This document shows, piece after piece, positions 29,828-39,989 of a DNA stretch of 64,000 bases. A program made the translations under genes and the position numbers. Numbering within the stretch: position 1 is the first letter of the stretch; each line of letters starts with the position of its first letter. Where the stretch lies: positions 4,220 to 68,219 of the forward strand of contig CAXBQX010000004.1 of assembly GCA_963978365.1 (NCBI GenBank). Direction: 5' to 3'. The notes below the pieces were generated by a model, which was not told the origin of the DNA, did not search any database, and saw only the letters and a program-made list of their open reading frames with translations. Source of the DNA: an uncultured Opitutales bacterium (GTDB lineage: Bacteria > Verrucomicrobiota > Verrucomicrobiia > Opitutales > Seribacteraceae).

Positions 29828-31441
29828 ATGATGGACTTCAAACATGCGAAAAGAAACCGAAAACTGGACCGCTGGGTTGTGGTCTCGCTTTTATTTACTT
29901 TTTCCATGGGTTTGAATTTTCTTATCTCTCAAATAAACGCCCAAATTGATTTATCACCTGATAAAAAATTTAGCCTTTCCAGAGAGAGCCTTGCCCTACT
30001 CAATCGAATGGAACAACCAGTCGATTTAATTATTACCATAGCTGACAACGCTGGCATGCCTAAAATTATTCAAAGATTTATGCATGACCTGGATTTACTC
30101 ATGGACTCATTGGAGCGAGCAGACACCCCTCAACCAATTCGTATTCATCGGGTTGATGTTCTTTCTCCCAGAAAAAAAGTGGATATTCTGGACAAATACA
30201 AAGTCACACAACCCAACCTCATTGTTGTTGCTTCCGAACAAAACGGGCCGCAAATTATTTTTCGGTATAAGGATGAACAAGGAGTGAATCCCTACGATGC
30301 CAGCCAGGCATTCCGTTCCGCGGAATCCATTGCGAGGCAAGCCATTTGGGAAGCAGGGTTTTATTCTGACTGGAAGGAAGTTGGAAATGGAATCCTAGAA
30401 CCTGGAATATTCCGGGGAGAAGAGACCCTGGTTCGAGCCATCCTCGATCTATCGATTCCATCCCGCAAACGAAAGACTATCTACTTTACTAGAGGACATG
30501 GGGAGAGCAGCCCGGAGGACATCGATCCAACCAATGGGAATTCCGTCCTGAGAGGGCTAATAGAAGACAGAAATATTGGAGTCTCTTCGATCGACCTAGG
30601 GACGATCGATAGAATGCCCAATGATGCCCTAGGCTTGGTCGTATGCGGTCCCAAGGGCGTATTTCAAGACAAAGAAATCGCATTAATCAGAAACTTTTTA
30701 AACCTAGAAAAAGGCACACTTCTTCTGGCGTTGGACCCAGTGGAGGAAACCGGGATGACCGATCGCCCTGCATTGGGTTTGAGGCCATTACTAAAGGAGT
30801 GGGGTATTCGCTGCCACGACATGTTAATTTATGATCCTAAACGGGAAAACTTCGACCTATTTTCAGGCTCTTATTTTTTAAGAACTTATCAAAGAAATGC
30901 TTCCCATCCTTTGATCAAAAACCTCATGAATGAGGGATTCTCCATTCTATCGGACAGGTGTCGACCCGTTGAAATTGAAAATAACCCGGAAAGTCCTTTT
31001 TTATCGGAGGAGCTAATCTTTTCATCTCGAGACTCCTGGGCCTTATCGAACTGGACGGCCCGCAGTTTTCCTCCAGAAAAAAATCCATTGCTCGATCTCT
31101 CCGGACCAGTTCCGATTCTCGCAGTTTCTGTACCGAACCCCCAAAGAGAGATGGAAGCGGGTCTCGCATCTGCAGGTAAGCTTATTGTTCTTGGTTCTTC
31201 CAAAATCGTGTCGAATGAGAAATTAAGATCGGGAGCGGGCAATCAAGCCTTAGCCCGAAATATTATTTATTGGATGGATGAAAATAATGATATGCTCGAT
31301 GTTCCCCCTAGGATCGTACAATCTTACAGCATTTCCATGTCTGATGAACAATTCGATCTCCTTATTTACTACTTCGCAAGTATACCTGCTGGAGTTCTAT
31401 TACTTGGACTCTTTGTTGGTTGGTTAAGAAAGGAACTTTAA
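29828..31441 (+). CDS. GldG-like ABC auxiliary protein (N- and C-terminal TM)
   Basis: DLSPDKKFSLS, IYFTRGHGE, LVVCGP...EI..I..FL...G.LLLALDP, GKLIVLG and GNQAL..N.IYW. Confidence 0.82.
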   Translation: MMDFKHAKRNRKLDRWVVVSLLFTFSMGLNFLISQINAQIDLSPDKKFSLSRESLALLNRMEQPVDLIITIADNAGMPKIIQRFMHDLDLLMDSLERADTPQPIRIHRVDVLSPRKKVDILDKYKVTQPNLIVVASEQNGPQIIFRYKDEQGVNPYDASQAFRSAESIARQAIWEAGFYSDWKEVGNGILEPGIFRGEETLVRAILDLSIPSRKRKTIYFTRGHGESSPEDIDPTNGNSVLRGLIEDRNIGVSSIDLGTIDRMPNDALGLVVCGPKGVFQDKEIALIRNFLNLEKGTLLLALDPVEETGMTDRPALGLRPLLKEWGIRCHDMLIYDPKRENFDLFSGSYFLRTYQRNASHPLIKNLMNEGFSILSDRCRPVEIENNPESPFLSEELIFSSRDSWALSNWTARSFPPEKNPLLDLSGPVPILAVSVPNPQREMEAGLASAGKLIVLGSSKIVSNEKLRSGAGNQALARNIIYWMDENNDMLDVPPRIVQSYSISMSDEQFDLLIYYFASIPAGVLLLGLFVGWLRKEL

Positions 31442-31445
31442 ATCT

Positions 31446-33206
31446 ATGCTTAAAAGTCGAACATTCCTTCTCTTGCTGGCGAACATTCTTCTGGGCTTGT
31501 TTATTTTTCTTAATGTAAAAAAAGATCAAGCTCCAGGTTCAGAAATCAAATCTCGAATGATGGAAATGACTGCGGTCCTGGACAAGATTGAGGTTATCCA
31601 ACCAAAATCCAGCCAAAGAATTGTTTTCATTAAAAATACAGATGAATGGCAAATTGAACACCCCATATCATGGCCAGTCGAACCCATCTCCATCGCAAAT
31701 TTAATTTCCAAGCTCTCGCATCTTAACCCTACTTATATTTGCGGGTTAGAAGACTTGGATGAAAAAGGTGAGATTGCCGCAGATTATGGCTTCGATCTCA
31801 ATGCATCCAGCTTCATTCTTTCAAGCGAAAGTTCCGGGATCAAAATTACTCTTGGGGATCCCACGCGAGACAAAAACGACCGATACTTACTGATAACTGA
31901 CTCCGAATCCGAGAGCATTTGGAAAGGTCCGAAGCAAATTGATCAATTAATCAGCAGACCGATTCTTGAGTGGGCTAAATTAGACTTTTTGGATTTCCCC
32001 ATCTATGCAATTGATGAATTGGTGGTTAAAAACTACAGCGATGGTCAAGTCAGCAGCTCCATATCCCTCTCCAAAACACAAAATCAATGGAACTTCAAAT
32101 CCCCCTTTCAGAGCCCTGCAAATGAAAATGAAGTCTCATCCCTGTTCCATAAACTTATTTCTACAAATTTAATTGGTTTCGCCAAGAATGATGAAGTTCA
32201 TAACCTTACGACCCAATATGAATTGAACCTTCTAGCACTTGGCGAGTGGCACCAATTTGAATTCCTAAATTACGAAAAAGCAGACCAAGGTTTTCTGTTA
32301 GTGAAATCCAACCTGCACCAAACCCCTTTTTACATTTCTAATGACTTCGCTGATCATCTTGTAAACTTAGGTGCTAAACTCAGAGAAAAAAGACTGTTCT
32401 CTCTCAATTTAGATGATGTACGCAGAATAAAAATAGTAGAATCCAATCAATCATTAACTTTGCGCAGTACGGATTCAAAAGCGTGGATAGGCTTGGAGAA
32501 TGAAGGTGAGGAAGCGTTCTCCTTCACTGCAGATGCTGAGCTCATTCGAGAGTTAGTTCATAACCTAAACACCCTAGAGGCCAGTAGTTTTGTTCTTTTT
32601 AACCCCTCACCAGACGACTTAAAGGAACAGGGATTAAATAATCCGACCTACTCCCTGGAAGTAGAAATGGATGACAGCACACGCAAAACTTTATTTGCCA
32701 GTAAATTAAATTCAGAAACCTCATTATGGAACACCTATGTCAGTGAACATGCCTTCGTTTGCCTCGTCGAAAACCAATGGGATCAGATCATTTCCACAAA
32801 AGCTATAGATTACAAAGACCGCAGGTTATTACCGATCGAATACCAGACTGATCAAATTATAATAAAATCCTTACAGGACGAAAGTATTTCCTATTCTCTG
32901 ACCGTAGAAACCGATGGCGAATCTTATCAAAGGTTGGTCGATTTTCAGGCAGAAAGTTATATCGATCTATCCTATAATCATGAGGGCATCTGGCATAACG
33001 GAGATTGGCTACCTTGGAAGTATTCCGTACAATTCATTCCGTCTGATACCAATGGCTTCCAACCGATTGAGTTTCAATTAACCGATCGTATTGGAGGTAC
33101 AAAGTGGTTTGCTGGTTCAGAAGAATTGGGCTTAGTAGCTAACCTCCCGATTACGATCATTGATGAGCTCGCCAATGGGATGTCTGCTCAGGATTTAGAC
33201 CTCTAA
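31446..33206 (+). CDS. DUF4340-domain membrane-anchored protein
   Basis: N-terminal TM, repeated W.I..P / DYGF / EQGLNNP / LREKRLF modules, and position after GldAFG-like genes. Confidence 0.7.
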   Translation: MLKSRTFLLLLANILLGLFIFLNVKKDQAPGSEIKSRMMEMTAVLDKIEVIQPKSSQRIVFIKNTDEWQIEHPISWPVEPISIANLISKLSHLNPTYICGLEDLDEKGEIAADYGFDLNASSFILSSESSGIKITLGDPTRDKNDRYLLITDSESESIWKGPKQIDQLISRPILEWAKLDFLDFPIYAIDELVVKNYSDGQVSSSISLSKTQNQWNFKSPFQSPANENEVSSLFHKLISTNLIGFAKNDEVHNLTTQYELNLLALGEWHQFEFLNYEKADQGFLLVKSNLHQTPFYISNDFADHLVNLGAKLREKRLFSLNLDDVRRIKIVESNQSLTLRSTDSKAWIGLENEGEEAFSFTADAELIRELVHNLNTLEASSFVLFNPSPDDLKEQGLNNPTYSLEVEMDDSTRKTLFASKLNSETSLWNTYVSEHAFVCLVENQWDQIISTKAIDYKDRRLLPIEYQTDQIIIKSLQDESISYSLTVETDGESYQRLVDFQAESYIDLSYNHEGIWHNGDWLPWKYSVQFIPSDTNGFQPIEFQLTDRIGGTKWFAGSEELGLVANLPITIIDELANGMSAQDLDL

Positions 33207-33222
33207 TGTAAAAAGCTTCGCA

Positions 33223-35919
33223 ATGAAGCCTGAGCAAGCATACCAATCCCTAGCCAAGGCAAAGAGTAAAATTGGGCTCATTTTATTTCTCTGCCTGCTT
33301 GCCCAAATCTTTTATTACTCCCTGAGTACTTTTAGAATCGCTCTTCCCAGCCGCATGGTGGAAGCGGTTATCGATTCTTTTTTACCCGAAGAACTCGCAG
33401 TTAAAGTTAGTTCACCTCGAATCATCGGTCTACGGAAAGTCGAGTTTGGTTCTTTTAATTTATGGTTTCAGCAAACCAACTTAATCCAACTCAATGATCT
33501 TTCTATTTCCCTAAATCCATTTTTTGAAACGCAATTCATTCCCTCTATTATTGAGGGCGTAGCATTATCTGGTGGGCATATTCTCCCCTCTGCAAACCAG
33601 AGAAATGACCTGGAGTTCTCGGAACTTCTCATCGAACAGAATCCCAAAAAGAATTTATTTTCCGTTACATCAAAGATTGGCTTTGGCCCCATTCAAACAA
33701 ACTTCATCTTTCACTCTGTAGATCTACCAAAAATTATAGAACAAACACTTACTTCAAAAAACAAAGATCCGGTAGAACTTGCCCAACTTGTGCAGAAAAT
33801 AATTTTGGTAAGAGACAATGCAACAAATTGGACCCAACAACTTCCTCCGATCAACCTTGATATTGTAGGGTCCAATAACGAACAGTCTGCCAGATTTTAC
33901 ATCAAGCAAATTGTAAACGATGTTAAAAATTCACCTTATATTCAAAATTTTTCAGGCATCGCATCCTTCGATCTGGTTTCAGCAAGCAATCCTTTTCTGG
34001 AATGCAAAACGCTGGCCACTGCGGATCTATTGGCGCTTCTTACCGAGACTTCAAGCTTTCGGTTGAATAATCTAAAATTTACTAGTGAAGGAAGATATTT
34101 CCTGGATGATTCAATCTTCCTAAACAAAAACTCAGTTCTTTCATTTAGGAGCATAGAAACTAATGGCAAATTAGTTGGAAAAACCCCACCCATGTCACTG
34201 CATGCGTACGACGATCAGAAAGGAAAAAAGCTTCAATGTTTTGCTGAAAGTAATGGAACTAGAATTTCTCTTAGTTTTATCAAAAAGAATGATCAATGGT
34301 GTGGGAATGGATTTCTGGACCTAAGTCCAATATCAAATAACTTTCAGGTCAAATTACCCCAAGGTGATCTTAAAATTTTAGAGGGAGAACATCTTACTGT
34401 TAAGCTTTATCCAAACCCAACGCCGATCATTCCTGATTCCAAGGTTCAATTTATCATTAAAGCGAATGAATTTTCAGCCTTAGAAACTCCTCCTGGCGAC
34501 TTTTTTATGAATGGAGAACTTGCTCATAATTTCTCTGTTTTCATTCATCATGCCTATGGAAAGCTTGGCCTTAGCGAGGTTACTGGAACTTACTATCAAA
34601 AATGGCAACCCGCGGAATACAGGTTTCTTGTAGAGGGGACATGCCATCCTCCAGACATTAATAATTGGCTTGGCGTGTGGTGGTCTCCCATTTGGAAAGA
34701 TTTCTCCTTTAGTGAGGAAATTCCAAAAGGAAATTTCTCAATTCATGGAATATGGGGAGGAGAGCCTGGCAATTCACTAACAATCGGAGAGATAAAAACA
34801 AAAAAGTTAGGCTATAGAAATTTTCTATTACAAAACTCTCTAGTAACTATCACAGTGGATGGTAAATCGACGCGACTAGATGCTCGAAATATAACTCATA
34901 GCCAAGGTACAGTCCAAGGCTCATTAGTATTTCCAAGGTCATTAGAAAAAAGCAGTACTCTTTTGTCTTTTGGGATTAAAGGTGAGTTTCCATTAAATGA
35001 AGGGAAAAGCATTTTCGGTAAAGAAGTCCAAGACGCTTTAACGGATTTCAATGTAACCTCTCTATTTTGCTCAGGAAATGGAACCATTCGTAAAGAGGAA
35101 TTGCCAAGTACTGATAAAAATAATTCTAAATTTGAATTATATTTATCCGCAGATGAGCCCTTCTCCTACGCCGGTTTGAATTTCGATTATGCCCAGGGTT
35201 ATCTAAAACAAGAAGATGGATTAATCCGGGCAGATTTTGATGACTTTGGAATCAATGGAGGGTCTGGCAACTTGTCCATTGCAGAAACCTCCCTTAGTTC
35301 CGATCATGTTGCACTGTCCTTAGATCTTAAAAATGCAGACCGAAATAAATTGATCGAAAATCTTTCCCAAGCTTCTCATCGCAAGAATATAGATCAAGGT
35401 CTGAATACAAAACTGATAAACGCAAAAACCAAGGAGGATGGTGAGACAGATGGTAAAATTAATTTTTCAATAAAAGCAGAGGGACCTATCTCCGACCTGA
35501 AGCATTTTGAGGGAACCGGAAATGCACAAATTCACGATGTGGATATTGGGTCGATTCATATTCTTGGTGGGATTAGAAATAAATTAGGAGCCTTCAATAT
35601 TCCCCTGCCCTCAGATGCACTCAATTTCAATAAGTTAGAAGCACCTTTCAAATTGGAATACGATCGAATTTCATTTGATCAGGCTACCCTTTCAGGACCT
35701 TTATCCAAATTTACTGCCAACGGGGAGGTAGACTGGGTGAATGAGCAAGTGGACCTTTTGGCCAGGTTCCAGGTAGCCGGTAATTTAAATATACCCATCC
35801 TGAAACAAATTGTTAATTTAGCAGATCCACTTTCCAAATTGAGTAAACTGAAAATTCAGGGACATTGGGACGATCCTGACTGGTCTATTTATCTCGGAGC
35901 GAATCCCCTCTCACCCTAA
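33223..35919 (+). CDS. AsmA-like large beta-rich envelope protein
   Basis: N-terminal TM anchor, a long amphipathic beta-rich body, and an AsmA_2-like C-terminus (LNFNKLEAPF...LSGP...ANGEVDW...KIQGHWDDPDW). Confidence 0.7.
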   Translation: MKPEQAYQSLAKAKSKIGLILFLCLLAQIFYYSLSTFRIALPSRMVEAVIDSFLPEELAVKVSSPRIIGLRKVEFGSFNLWFQQTNLIQLNDLSISLNPFFETQFIPSIIEGVALSGGHILPSANQRNDLEFSELLIEQNPKKNLFSVTSKIGFGPIQTNFIFHSVDLPKIIEQTLTSKNKDPVELAQLVQKIILVRDNATNWTQQLPPINLDIVGSNNEQSARFYIKQIVNDVKNSPYIQNFSGIASFDLVSASNPFLECKTLATADLLALLTETSSFRLNNLKFTSEGRYFLDDSIFLNKNSVLSFRSIETNGKLVGKTPPMSLHAYDDQKGKKLQCFAESNGTRISLSFIKKNDQWCGNGFLDLSPISNNFQVKLPQGDLKILEGEHLTVKLYPNPTPIIPDSKVQFIIKANEFSALETPPGDFFMNGELAHNFSVFIHHAYGKLGLSEVTGTYYQKWQPAEYRFLVEGTCHPPDINNWLGVWWSPIWKDFSFSEEIPKGNFSIHGIWGGEPGNSLTIGEIKTKKLGYRNFLLQNSLVTITVDGKSTRLDARNITHSQGTVQGSLVFPRSLEKSSTLLSFGIKGEFPLNEGKSIFGKEVQDALTDFNVTSLFCSGNGTIRKEELPSTDKNNSKFELYLSADEPFSYAGLNFDYAQGYLKQEDGLIRADFDDFGINGGSGNLSIAETSLSSDHVALSLDLKNADRNKLIENLSQASHRKNIDQGLNTKLINAKTKEDGETDGKINFSIKAEGPISDLKHFEGTGNAQIHDVDIGSIHILGGIRNKLGAFNIPLPSDALNFNKLEAPFKLEYDRISFDQATLSGPLSKFTANGEVDWVNEQVDLLARFQVAGNLNIPILKQIVNLADPLSKLSKLKIQGHWDDPDWSIYLGANPLSP

Positions 35920-36022
35920 ATCGATTACTTTTGCTTGTTCCTTCAAAAACAAGCGTTGCAAGTAGAGATAAATCAGCTTTGATAAGGTTTCATGTTAATT
36001 TTCAAATTGGGAGGACAGTAGG

Positions 36023-36487
36023 TTGGACTTAAGTGAATTAAAAGGAATTGTATCGATAATGCAGAAATCTGATCTCACTGAACTTGAGATCGAGCTCAAA
36101 GACTTAAAATTAAGGATGGCGAGACCCGGTGCTGGGGCAGTTATGCAAAGAGAGGTGGTTGTACAGTCGCAACCGAGTGCCATAGGTGTGCCTCCACTAG
36201 CTGCACCTAATCCTGCAACACCATCAGCACCATCGAAAAGTGATGATTCGAAATCTTTTCCCTCCCCTATGGTTGGTACCTTTTATCGCAGACCATCGCC
36301 AGAGGACCCTGAGTTTGTCAAAGTTGGGGATAAAGTGAAAAAAGGAGATGTTCTTTGCATCATCGAGGCCATGAAAGTCATGAATGAAATTCAATCGGAT
36401 TTTTCAGGTGAGATTGTTGAAACTTTGATTGAGGATGGGGTAAGCGTAGAGTTTGGCCAACCTCTGTTCAAAATTCGCCTGGCTTAG
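36023..36487 (+). CDS. accB: Acetyl-CoA carboxylase biotin carboxyl carrier protein
   Basis: [12 protein letters not shown] biotinylation motif and [11 protein letters not shown] start with GGAGG upstream. Confidence 0.97.
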   Translation: MDLSELKGIVSIMQKSDLTELEIELKDLKLRMARPGAGAVMQREVVVQSQPSAIGVPPLAAPNPATPSAPSKSDDSKSFPSPMVGTFYRRPSPEDPEFVKVGDKVKKGDVLCIIEAMKVMNEIQSDFSGEIVETLIEDGVSVEFGQPLFKIRLA

Positions 36488-36492
36488 TTCTA

Positions 36493-37866
36493 ATGATTCG
36501 TAAGATCCTCATCGCAAATAGGGGAGAAATCGCTCTTCGAATCGTCCGTGCTTGCCGTGAACTAGGCATTCAAACCCTTGCGGTCTACTCCGAAGCTGAT
36601 GAGCAATCCCTCCATGTTCAGTTAGCAGACGAGGCGATATGTATTGGCCCAGCGATGGGTTCAGAAAGTTATTTACGAGCAGACCGTATCTTAAGTGCAG
36701 CAGAGATTGCGGATGTAGATGCCATTCATCCGGGCTATGGTTTCCTTTCAGAAAATGCTGAATTTGCTGAACAATGTGCCTCCTGTAATATCAATTTTAT
36801 AGGTCCAAAAGCTGAAACTATCGGCAAAATGGGAGACAAAGCTATGGCTCGCGAGACCGTGAGTAAAAATGGCGTGCCCATTATCCCTGGAAGTGATGGT
36901 CCCATTGAAAATGAGAAGGAAGCGATCAAAGTTGCTCAAAAGATAGGCTTTCCCGTTATCATTAAAGCAGTGGCCGGCGGAGGTGGCAGAGGCATGCGAA
37001 TTGCCCACAATGCGGTCAGTTTTGCGAAAGAATTTCAAGCTGCCCGCCTGGAAGCAACCAAGGCCTTTGGCAATGGAGCTCTCTATGTTGAAAAATACCT
37101 TGAAGATCCCCGGCATATCGAGTTTCAAGTTCTCGCAGACAAACACGGAAATGTGATTCATCTTGGAGAGCGTGACTGTTCGGTGCAAAGAAGGCATCAA
37201 AAGGTCATTGAAGAGGCACCCTCCCCCTTCCTGGACAAGAACCTTCGTGCTCGCATGGGTAAGGCCGCGATTAAAGCGACTCAGGCCGCAGACTATGTAA
37301 ATGCTGGAACTATTGAATTCTTAGTGGATGCAAAAGGAAATTTCTATTTTATTGAAATGAATACGAGAATTCAGGTAGAGCATGCAGTTACTGAGGAAGT
37401 GACTGGTATCGACCTGATCAAGGAACAAATTAACATAGCTTCTGGAAATCGATTAAGTATCTCACAAAAAGAAGTTTCCTATAACAAGCATGCGATTGAG
37501 TGTAGGATTTGTGCAGAAAACCCAGCAAATGGATTTACCCCATCTCCTGGAACCATCGGATTATATTATGCACCAGGTGGGCATGGGGTAAGAGTCGATT
37601 CTCATGTGTATGGAGGATACACCGTCTCTCCTTACTACGATAGCATGATCGCAAAGCTGGTTACCTATGGCAGTACTCGTAAAATCGCACTCGACAGAAT
37701 GTACCGTGCACTTAGTGAGTACATTATCCGCGGTATCGATACGAATATCGAATTCCTGAAAGCTATCATTCTTGATCCTGGTTTCCGCCAAGGAGAAGCC
37801 ACGACTTCTTATGTCGGAGAATTTTTAGCTCGTGCCCCAAAGGATGTGTTTAAGAAAACTCAATAA
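36493..37866 (+). CDS. accC: Biotin carboxylase
   Basis: [36 protein letters not shown] and [10 protein letters not shown]. Confidence 0.97.
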   Translation: MIRKILIANRGEIALRIVRACRELGIQTLAVYSEADEQSLHVQLADEAICIGPAMGSESYLRADRILSAAEIADVDAIHPGYGFLSENAEFAEQCASCNINFIGPKAETIGKMGDKAMARETVSKNGVPIIPGSDGPIENEKEAIKVAQKIGFPVIIKAVAGGGGRGMRIAHNAVSFAKEFQAARLEATKAFGNGALYVEKYLEDPRHIEFQVLADKHGNVIHLGERDCSVQRRHQKVIEEAPSPFLDKNLRARMGKAAIKATQAADYVNAGTIEFLVDAKGNFYFIEMNTRIQVEHAVTEEVTGIDLIKEQINIASGNRLSISQKEVSYNKHAIECRICAENPANGFTPSPGTIGLYYAPGGHGVRVDSHVYGGYTVSPYYDSMIAKLVTYGSTRKIALDRMYRALSEYIIRGIDTNIEFLKAIILDPGFRQGEATTSYVGEFLARAPKDVFKKTQ

Positions 37867-37877
37867 GGTTATTAAGT

Positions 37878-38330
37878 ATGACAAAAAAGAAAGTAAATTC
37901 TGATTCTGAAGATAGCATTCCTACCTTCTCCGAAGAGAGTGGTAGCTTGGGCACGATTCGCATAAATCACAGTGTTGTGGCTGGAATTGTCCGCCTAGCG
38001 ACCCAAAGTGTAAAGGGTGTCATCAATGTCGGTGGAGCTGGCGTAGTCGAAGGCTTAACAGATTTTTTTTCCAAAAAAGAATCCGAGCGTGGCGTTTCGG
38101 TAAGCGAACAAGAAGATGGTACTTATAAAATTGAAGTCCGTGTCGTTTTGAGGTTTGGAGTAGACCTAGCCAAAACTGGAGCCATTATTCAAGAAGCGAT
38201 TCGGGATCAAATTTTATCTATGACCGGAAACCATGCCTCCGTGATTGATGTTGTAATTGACGACATTAAACAGGAGGCGCTTGACCGAGACGAGGACGAA
38301 GATACTTGGTCTGGACCGGACGCTGATTAG
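37878..38330 (+). CDS. Asp23/Gls24 (YqhY-like) protein
   Basis: GTIRINHSVVAGIV.LA...V.GV, RGVSV, IQEAI...I..MTG and DVVIDDI. Confidence 0.88.
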   Translation: MTKKKVNSDSEDSIPTFSEESGSLGTIRINHSVVAGIVRLATQSVKGVINVGGAGVVEGLTDFFSKKESERGVSVSEQEDGTYKIEVRVVLRFGVDLAKTGAIIQEAIRDQILSMTGNHASVIDVVIDDIKQEALDRDEDEDTWSGPDAD

Positions 38331-38338
38331 GTTTTGTT

Positions 38339-38776
38339 ATGCTTTCGCAAATTCAAGACTATCTGAGTCTTGATGCCAAACAGGCCATCTCCTCTCCCCT
38401 GCTCTGGTACGGGTTAGGCATTGTTTTTTTCCTGCTTTTATTATGGAAATTAATCCGTTCCTCTCAGCCCCAGTTAGTATCAGTTTTTAAGGACGATGAA
38501 GGTGCCGTTCAGATTACACCTCAAGCCTTAAGGGAACTCGTTCGAAAATCTTGTGCTGACCTTCCAGGCGTTCATTCTCCATCCACCAAAATATTTACCA
38601 AGTCTAATCAAGTTAGACTCCTCGTAAAATTAGAAGTAGAACCAGGATCCCAGGTTAAACTGATTAGGTCTCAGCTTAACCAAAAATTAGAACAGGTAAT
38701 GGTAGAAAACTTAAATTTCTCAAATTTCGGAGGAATTGATATTGTGATCAAAGGTTTTCAAGATGCGAAAGCATAA
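38339..38776 (+). CDS. Membrane-anchored Asp23-related protein (AmaP-like)
   Basis: One N-terminal TM, then GAVQITPQALRELV...PGV and IDIVIKGF, resembling the Asp23/AmaP pattern. Adjacent to Asp23. Confidence 0.6.
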   Translation: MLSQIQDYLSLDAKQAISSPLLWYGLGIVFFLLLLWKLIRSSQPQLVSVFKDDEGAVQITPQALRELVRKSCADLPGVHSPSTKIFTKSNQVRLLVKLEVEPGSQVKLIRSQLNQKLEQVMVENLNFSNFGGIDIVIKGFQDAKA

Positions 38777-38806
38777 GAAAACCCGACACAAATTTCTAAT
38801 TTAGTT

Positions 38807-39901
38807 TCAACTACGGGCTCTTCGCAACGGAGCTAATCCAAACTCGATTGGAACCTTTTGGTTACGAAGCAAAGCATGCCAACCGCAATCATTTTTGGAC
38901 TCCCAATGATCATAACTGATCAATGCAGTACCCATAGGTTTTTCATGCAAAGGGGAGAATCCACCAGATAATACCAATCCTACCTCTTCATCTGCAGGAT
39001 TCAAAATTGTGCATCCCTCACGTGGAATCCTGCGTTCGCTTGCAATAAAATATCCGACCCGATGAGAGGGATGATTTTTTTTCTCTTTTAGTAAAGCTTG
39101 CTTCCCACAAAACTCATCTTTTTCCCATCCAACCGCCCACGCTAATCCTGCTTGGACGGGAGAAATTGAAAGGGAAAGCTCATGACCATAAAGAGGAAAC
39201 CCGGCTTCCAGACGCAAACTGTCTCGAGCGGCCAATCCAATCATGGGCACGCCTAATTGATCAAAGGCATTCAACCATTCATTGAGTCCGTGCAAACTCG
39301 TGTAAATCTCGAACCCGTCCTCTCCCGTGTAACCAGTTCTGGCAAGAATCGAAGTATCTCCTAGCCACAATCCCTCCAAAAAATGCATTTTGGCAAGGGA
39401 TGAGAGGTTTTGACCGATCACATCGTTCAAGATCCTTTCAGCATGTGGACCTTGCAAGGCAAGTTGACCAAAAGAGGAGGACAGATTGATCACATCGCAT
39501 TCGAATTGAGAGGACCGCTCCGATAAGACTTGGTAATCATTCTCCACATTGGAAGCATTGACGCAAAGCAGAAAGCTCTGCTCTGCTCTACGATAAACAA
39601 TCAAATCATCCAAAGTTCCACCATCTTCCTGGCATAAAATCGTATACTGAGCTTGCCCGATCTTACATTTCTCGATGTCGTTAGTGAGGGCGTAATTCAA
39701 AAACTCGACTGATTGTGGACCCGTCACCTCAATCTCTCCCATATGAGAAACATCAAACAGACCAACAGACTCCCGAACAGAAAGGTGTTCGCTTAGAGAA
39801 CTACCGTAAGAAACCGGCATATTCCAGCCTGCGAAAGCGGTAAATTTGGCTCCTTTAGCCAAATGAAATTCATGTGAAGTTAATTTTTTTAGATCAGACA
39901 T
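38807..39901 (-). CDS. gcvT: Glycine cleavage system aminomethyltransferase T
   Basis: FAGWNMPVSY, FDVSHMG, VNASN, ALQGP, RTGYTGEDGFE and ARDSLRLEAG. Confidence 0.95.
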   Translation of the reverse strand: MSDLKKLTSHEFHLAKGAKFTAFAGWNMPVSYGSSLSEHLSVRESVGLFDVSHMGEIEVTGPQSVEFLNYALTNDIEKCKIGQAQYTILCQEDGGTLDDLIVYRRAEQSFLLCVNASNVENDYQVLSERSSQFECDVINLSSSFGQLALQGPHAERILNDVIGQNLSSLAKMHFLEGLWLGDTSILARTGYTGEDGFEIYTSLHGLNEWLNAFDQLGVPMIGLAARDSLRLEAGFPLYGHELSLSISPVQAGLAWAVGWEKDEFCGKQALLKEKKNHPSHRVGYFIASERRIPREGCTILNPADEEVGLVLSGGFSPLHEKPMGTALISYDHWESKNDCGWHALLRNQKVPIEFGLAPLRRARS

Positions 39902-39989
39902 TTTCAAAGCTTGCCAAAACTGGCTTAGAAGTTGTTTGTAATAAAAAGATGACTCATCGCTCTGTCAAAGGACAAGAATTGATTTTTGA

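Noticed and set aside
28000-31441. Gliding motility from the GldA/F/G-like genes
   Set aside because: No GldK/L/M/N or Spr genes are in the window, and this ABC module is widespread in non-gliding bacteria.
31446-35919. AT-richer stretch (also about 49000-51400) as a horizontally acquired island
   Set aside because: There are no mobility genes or flanking repeats, and the genes are tightly packed with core genes. The pattern fits fast-evolving envelope proteins. GC content was judged by eye only.
35933-35954. Hairpin GCTTGTT-N8-AACAAGC between the AsmA-like gene and accB as a terminator
   Set aside because: The stem is weak and has no downstream U-tract.
769-38430. Other homopolymer runs (A8-A9 near 770, 2400, 15810 and 27341; G7 near 9762; T8 near 38425) as phase-variation sites
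   Set aside because: The genes are in frame, the runs are not at evident domain boundaries, and such runs are expected at this base composition.
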